Of a stretch of DNA of 64,000 nucleotides, positions 57,301 to 64,000 are shown one piece after another. The translations under genes and the position numbers were made by a program. Source of the stretch: Raillietiella orientalis (Eukaryota); contig JAYWIR010000025.1 in assembly GCA_036172245.1 (NCBI GenBank), forward strand, positions 558,001 through 622,000. The letters are read 5' to 3'. Numbering within the stretch: the first letter of the stretch is position 1; every line of letters begins with the position of its first letter. The notes under the pieces were generated by a model. It was not told where the DNA came from, did no database searches, and saw nothing but the letters and a program-made list of their open reading frames with translations.

Positions 57301-59559
57301 GCGGGTGCACCGTTGCTGCTCGAAATCCGCGTGTTCTCTCTTCCGTGGCGGAGGTCGTGGTGGAAGTAGGGTTCGGTACACCCTCCTCTCCCGTGATGCA
57401 CTCCTATGACGAGCCATCTTGGGCTGCAGTGAACCGAGCTCGTCTCAAGCACCCATCATCAGGTGATCATCTTTGCATCGTTTATGTGAGGCCGTAATCG
57501 TCCCGAAACCGGTCAGATGCTGCTCGAAACGGAAACCCAGAAAGAGAGCATCCACCCGCGTCTCTTGAGCCTTGCATGGCTTCTGCCTCTACCGAATTTC
57601 CGACACAGCTCAAGGGGCTGAAGGGTAGCGTTTGCGACCACATTTCCAGATATCGCGAAGAGAACTCATGACACGCGCGCATGCACGCCGCGGGTCTGCA
57701 TGGAGAGCCGCACACTTTGATCTTGGTCTTCCAACAGGAGATTTCTGCGTGACGACAAAAGTGCCATTCCAGGATTCTTCCTTCCTGTCTCCTGCTGCAA
57801 AGGATCCCCGCGATCATACAAGCTCGCGCGCGTTCATTTTTCCATCCATCCCTTATGTGCATCTACTAGAGGTGCGCTAACTTTCGGAACGGGGATGCCA
57901 CAAAACCGGGAAGGATTCCTTCTTCGCGCATCCTTTGCCCTAGGCAAGGATGTCGCACTCCTCGAAAAGTGCCTAAAACTCCAAAACACTCGCAATACTA
58001 CCTGAGGAAGAGATGGAAGAGCCAGTCGTCTGACAGGGGCGTGGTTCTCCGAGCAAGGAGTCATGGAAGCCACGGAAGTTCTTCGTTTAGTTGATCTGAG
58101 ACGAGTGCGAAAGAGGACAGATCTCGTTTCTTCCTCTCTGAAGAAAGAGGTCAGGTCGCTTTCCGCAGCTGTTGCGCTGCACTATGCCCCTTTCGAGTAC
58201 CCGAAAAGGCTAAGACGGTGCTTCAAGATCAAATTCCGGTCGGCTTTTTTTTTTTTTTTTTCCCGCTCCGGTCGCTGGATCCCAAGTCTGAAGCACCATT
58301 TGATTTTGTTTTGTTTTGTTTTCCCATTTGATGCCATGCTGAAATCCTGCCCATTTCATTTCCAGGTAACGTTTCATTTCCTGGGACCCTTCCCCCCTGC
58401 CCCATCTCCTCCCGATTTTCAGTCTCCCGTCTTTGCCTCTTTGTAGGAGTTGACCACTGTCACCGGAATTCGCAGCAGCAGAGGGTTTAGTGCTCAGCAT
58501 CGGCGCCATTTCAGCTGGAATTTCCTGTCGTGCATTCAGGGCGCCATCTTTCAATGGAAGAACCCCTGCAGCAGAGAAGTAGAGGAATCTGACGTAGAAG
58601 ATGGTCCAACCAGGAAGAGACTGCCGAGGATGAGATTCGCGCCAAATTTCGCGTCGCAGAACCAGTTTGCACTTTTCATAAGTTACTCAGGGGCAAACCA
58701 CGAATTACTACTAGTAGGACTCGAGGAGTCCGTCCAGTCTAGGGGAGTCTCTAATTGGTAACTCGTTATTTTTTCCACGTTTCAGTAGGCCTTGATTAAT
58801 GGCGCATCCTTTCCGTAGGAACATCTCACTCTTTGTGCTTATCTTTTGTTTACTCTGAATTCTTTTTTCCGATGTATCCCTGCTACGCAGCATCCATGGA
58901 TATCGCTTTGATCGCCGATCGTATATCAGTCCGTAGGAATTCGCAAAGATTCCAGCTTCATAAAGGATGCAGAGGATGTGTCTAAACGAACGCCTGGCCG
59001 ATGCGCAACCCAGGAGATGGAGATATTCAACGTGGAAAAGTTAATTGACAGAAAGCAGTTGATGCTTAGGCAGACACCGCATGACAGCGAATGTTCCAGA
59101 AGATGCATTGCCGATCTGGAATGCGCTCTTATTTAAAACTGTGGAACAACATCGGATTCATAACGAGGATCTCTGTCCTAGAAACTCTGGGCGAAATAGT
59201 TACTTCCATGACAGATGACAGGGTCTGCAGATCGCTATCGGAGCAATCTCTACGCTCGTCTGCTGTTCGGACGGAATATTTTGTTAACGAGAGAAAGCGT
59301 TCCTCGTGTCGATGTTTTAATGACTGTAGAACTGTCCGAACGCATCAATCCTGCGCGAACCGTTTAGCCGCGAATCCCAACAGTTGCAGATTGCTGAATT
59401 TTAATTGAGACCGGAATCAATTAGAGCCGACTCTGCACGTTCGTGCGTATCCCTTCGGAAAAGCCTCCGCGGAGACCGGACCGTCCGATGATGATGATCA
59501 TGATGGTGGTGATGATAGCACCAGGGCTCGAAGAGGCAGTCCATGAGAAAATGGGGGAG

Positions 59560-62500
59560 CCAGGCACCATCCGAAAGTGAAACTCACCACGTGCGGACAA
59601 GAACGGATGGAGAACGGTAGCCGCGTGCGTGCGTGCCGAGGCTCGGAGAACGCACGCGGAGGACGCTGGGGGCCCAGGCGGGAACAGCGAGCCGCGCGGA
59701 CTGGAGTGCTGCCAGAAGGCACCCTGTTGCGTGCTCCTGTGCTCGCCTCGGCGCCGTGATGGGCACCTCCTCCCCCGCGTGCGCGCAGCAACAGTGGCAC
59801 GCCGCCGTCGCCTAGCGTGGGAGGGAGGAGGGGGCACTCCGATCCGGACGAAAGGCTTCCCGGGGACTTTCGTTTTGCCCCCGTAACGAGAGATCTCCGA
59901 TTCGACCGACCCCTTCCTAGGGATTTCGCGGCAGCTTCCCCCCCCGCTCCCGTCCTTCCCCGCCGCTTTTCTCTTTCCTCCTTGGCTTTTCCTCCTCTTC
60001 TTTCCTTCCTGTCTCTCCTTTTCTCGCACGCGCGCTCCCCTGACCGCGCGGCGCTCGCCTCTTTGACAGGAGAGGACGCTCGGCGGCCCGCCGCTACCGA
60101 CCGGACGTCTTCGGGTTTTCGAGACGTCCCCCCTCCCCTTCCCCTCCTTTTCCTCCTCCCGCGCGGAGGATGAAAGGAAGGCGAGGAGGGACTTTGGGCA
60201 CCTTCGGAAACGAAAGCGAAGACGCGCGGCTTAGAAAAGGCGAGCGCGAGCGCACGGGGGAAAAGGGGGAGGGAAAGTGGAGGGGGAAGAGAAAAGGAGC
60301 TGGTCGCCCTTCCTCGCGATGCTCGAGCACCAGGCCAAAGGGATGAAAGGGGAGACTTCGTGCAGCCGCGCGTGCGGGGAGGGGGGAGCCCTGCCTCGTG
60401 CCCGGGAAGGAAAGGCAAGGCTCCCCGCTGGCGCCGCGACGACGGCGACGGGACGTCGCCCACGCTCGGAAACCCGGGCCCCGGGTGGACCTGGCTCGCG
60501 CCCCGCCGACAGGAGGGCGCGTGCGCCTCCCCTTCCCTCGTGCGCCCGCGCCGGCGTCCTAATTGGTGCCGGCTTTCCGCCAGACGTGCGCTAATTGACC
60601 ACGGCGGAGGAGGGGCGAACACGACCGAGAACAATGGGACCATCAATCCGGGAAGGGATGGGAGGCGAGAACGGGGGAATCCCGAGCGTCCCTTCCCAGC
60701 AGTACCTCGACGAGGAAGGAAAAGGGGGAAAGAGGAAGGAACCCTCCTCTGGCGCAGGGACGGGCGGGGCAGCGGCCTCCGCCTCCGGCGGAGAAGGGGG
60801 AGGGAGGAAGCGCCCTTCCTCCTTCGAGACGCGCGCGCAGAAAGGACGCCCCTGTCCGTGACGCGAGGGCCCCGTCGGCTTAACGAGCCGTAAATCGCGG
60901 GGAGCACGTGGAGGCGGGTGGAGGCGGCGAGGCGCGGAGGAAGGCGCGCGGCGGCGGCGGAGCCAAAAGTCAAGTGGGGCGCGCGAGGGAGACGCCATCC
61001 CGTACGTCCCGCGCCAACCACTCGCATCATCTCCAGGAGGGAACGGCGGCAGCCGCCATCTTCCTGCAGCCGCGGCTATCACTCTCTCCTGGCTGGGAGA
61101 CAAACGCCAGGCGGAGCGCCAGGAACGCCGCAGCAGGAGGAGGAATGAGAAGGAAGGCGCCGGGAAGTTTCCTCGAGGCTTGTCGTCCATCTCCCATACG
61201 CCCGCGGGGCCGTCCGTTGCTCCCGCGCAGGCGCGGCCGTGTGGCTGCCGTCTCCGTGTGTGGCACCACCGAATCCTGCCCGGGGAAGGGTCGAGGCCGA
61301 GTTCTCCGCGCAGGATGGCGCTGATGGACTCCCTGTTGGCTTCTGGAGCGGCACTGGAAACCCCTGGATGCCTCTGTTGACTGGCCGCGAGGGAAAGTTG
61401 ACCCTTTGGGGTCTTTCCAGGACTTCAAGGAGCCTTTCGGGTTCCCTCCCTCTTGTAGTGCAGATAGAGATGCCCTCATTCCCCCAGGGAAAAGGCCCCT
61501 CATCTCGCATCATGGGGATGGAGGATTGACGCCTCTCCAGAGTGGGGAGAAGAGCGCTGCTCCCTTCGGGGAGCGCCCTTCAGAGAAAATTGGGAAGTGT
61601 CCCTTCGGGATTCTCTGCAGAGAGGAGGGAACAGGAAGCGGATCCTTTCCGGGGAGCCCTTCCGGGGAAGAAATGAGGAACGACCCCCTTCAGGAAATCA
61701 GTCCGGGAAGAAGAGGTTCCCTTCGGGGTTTCCTTGGAGATGACCATGGAGAGGGTTCCTAATCTCCAGGCGTGAGAGGAACGACTACCTTGCTCCGGAG
61801 CCTCCTTGGATGCACAGGGAGGTCCCTACGGGGTTGTCCCCTTACTGAAAGATTCACGCGCACCTTCGGAAGGCGTGGGCGGTATCAAAGAGCTCCACGA
61901 GTCCCGAGGCGAACGGTCCTCGAGCACTTAGCGACGTGAGCGGGCCCATGAGGAGCGCCCTCCATCCCGGAAGGACTTTCGATTCCCGCCGGGAGAGGGA
62001 GCGTTCGTGGCACTCAGCCACTCCCGGGAGAAGTCGCGGTCGGACGTCGCCCACTCGGGCGGTTCACTTCCCACCCTCCCCGCCGAGCGCCAGTTTCCGT
62101 TTCCTCCACTGCCTCTCACTCTCCACGAGGTTCCTCCAGAACCGTTTCCCTTTCCCCGCTCCGCGGAGGCGGGAGAGCAACTGGACTGGACTGGACAACC
62201 CTCCTCTCCTCTTCCTACTTTCCCGAGCGACCTCAACTGCAAGGAGTCCTGCCTTCCTCCTCCTCCTTTCTTCCTGACATCCGAGGAGCCGCACGCCTCT
62301 CAGCGGCCGCACCTGCACGCCTTCAGGTCGCTCGCTCGCTCTCCGGCGCTCACGTGGACGCGCACCACCGCCTCTGTCTTCTGCGCCACCGTCCAGCGCC
62401 TTGCTGCGCGGCGGTGGTCACCGCGGCGGCAACGGGAACGTGGATCTCCCTCTTCCCCTTTCGGGAAGCGGTGAGCCGTTTCGCTCCGCGCCCGCTCGGT

Positions 62501-64000
62501 GAGCGAGTGTATGCGTCGCTCAAAGGCCGCGTGGTTCTCGCTGCTGCGCAGGGTGAGTTCGCCAGAGCTGCGCGAGCAGCAGCCTGCCGGGGGAAGCGCG
62601 CCGTGGGCCACCTCTGGGTGTCCGCTCCCTCTCCTTTTCATGGGTGGCGGTGGGTGGATGGGGTCGGGGGCACTTGGAAGCCGCTTTCCACCGCCACGCG
62701 CCTTGCGAGTGACCAAGCCGGTTGTCGCACGCGTCCGCCCTCCGCTCCCGGACGAGTCCGCTGATAGTCCAACCGTTCCCGCAAAGCGGCCCCCGCACTC
62801 TGCTGTTTTTTCTTTTTGTGTGTGTAGCGCGCGCGCGCATGCGCTCTCCCGGCCTCGGAGAACACTCGAATTCCACACGGGCATGGGTTCGGAGCTCTGC
62901 GCCGGCGCGCCGCCGATGGATTGCCGGATTTTCCCTCTCGAGCTGGGCGCCAACAAGAATTCTAGGGTCTTCCCTTCCCTCCGGTCCGCTTGAGAACGCG
63001 CAGAGGAAGGGGAGGGGGGGGGGAGCTGACCGCATCTCCTCTTCGCTCGCTCGCACCCGCCGGTGTTCGCCCCCGCGTGCATTGCGCGCAATGCGCAGCC
63101 AGCCAGCCACGCGGGATCCATCCCGCTCGCCGACCAGGGCGGCTCGCGCGCGCGCGATCCGCATGCCGCTCGCAACGCTCCTCTGAAACGGGAGGCTGAC
63201 GGTTTCCCACCGAAGCCGCAGAGAGGAACTGAGCCACTGCATCGGCATTTCGTTATTCGAAGCGGAGATTCTCCCGGTCGCTCCCGAAAAGGAAAAAAAA
63301 GAAGGGAAACCCCTGGTAAGGAACGCCGGACGAGGAATTTTAATGGTTGCTGGCAGCGTGGAAATGGCAACCCGTTCTGCACGCGGGCGTGCATGCGCGC
63401 GCACGCGGGCGGGCAATAAAACGGAATCTGTCCTGGCGCGGGCGCAGCTCGGAGGCGGGTCGATCGGCTCCGGACGGTCTCTGCAAGAGGGACGGGGACT
63501 GCTGCGTCCATCGCAGGGGGGGGACGTGGTCACCTCCCAGGGTCCAGAGATCTCTTCCCTAAGGTCCAGTCCCGGAACTCCCGCCCTCCTCCGCGGCGAC
63601 GGCGCAGGAGCAGCCTCGCCTCGACGAGTCTCCCTCCGGACCAGAGGCCCAGGTGTGGGAGGGGGAGGAGAGAAGCGGGAGGGAAGTCCTGAACCGGGAG
63701 GGTGGGTGACCGGGTGCGCCCGTCGACTTTGCGCGAGCGACCCGCCAGTCACTGTCGAAGAGGTCAGCAGCGGCAAAAAAGGGGGAGAGGGGGGATTCGT
63801 CGCTCGCGCCTGCGCGCCCCGAGTAACGGCCATTCGGACCCGTTCGGACATGCACGGCGGCTCCCTCTTTGGGCGAAGGGAGGGGGGGGAGACGGCTAAA
63901 CGCACTTTTCCTCAGATGCCCCCTCCGCGACCGGCCCTGTCATCCTACGCTGCCCAGAAGGCGAGGCAGCGTTCCCACTTCCGCCTTCGAGTCGCTTCCT
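59560..64000. promoter_or_regulatory. GC/CpG-rich non-coding block, possibly regulatory or 5' territory of a neighbouring gene
   Basis: Composition matches the PTK7 promoter and introns; paired CTAATTG motifs near 60560 and 60591; no recognisable protein. Confidence 0.3.

Noticed and set aside
59498..63905. Long ORFs (510, 403, 461 aa) at the right end
   Set aside because: GC-rich shadow ORFs with no domain motifs or credible amino-acid composition.
1..64000. Prokaryotic systems (CRISPR arrays, operons, rRNA)
   Set aside because: No regularly spaced repeats or operon structure seen; spliceosomal introns show the DNA is eukaryotic.

Overview
This is eukaryotic (metazoan, probably arthropod) genomic DNA, not prokaryotic. 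I reconstructed three intact spliced genes by hand. (1) A 16-exon PTK7/off-track receptor pseudokinase on the + strand, 9130-40017, about 1067 aa: signal peptide, 7 Ig domains, TM helix and a dead kinase. It lies in a GC-rich domain with several multi-kb introns. (2) Beclin-1/Atg6 on +, 46352-49437, about 424 aa. (3) NUDT14-like UDP-sugar Nudix hydrolase on -, 49453-50360, about 220 aa. The last two sit in an AT-rich island with mostly 38-58 nt introns, and their stop codons are only 15 bp apart. The flanks and PTK7 intron 2 hold many decayed non-LTR (L1/Tx1-like) ORF1 and RT-C-terminal zinc-finger fragments, plus two inverted-repeat pairs. Most long ORFs in the supplied track are GC-rich artefacts. 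Best leads: forced sense/antisense overlap of BECN1 and NUDT14; a possible spliced uORF whose stop overlaps the BECN1 ATG; a poly-His loop in PTK7 Ig2; a CPCLC motif replacing DFG; and loss of the Beclin FFW aromatic finger. All identifications come from motif recognition; no database search was run.
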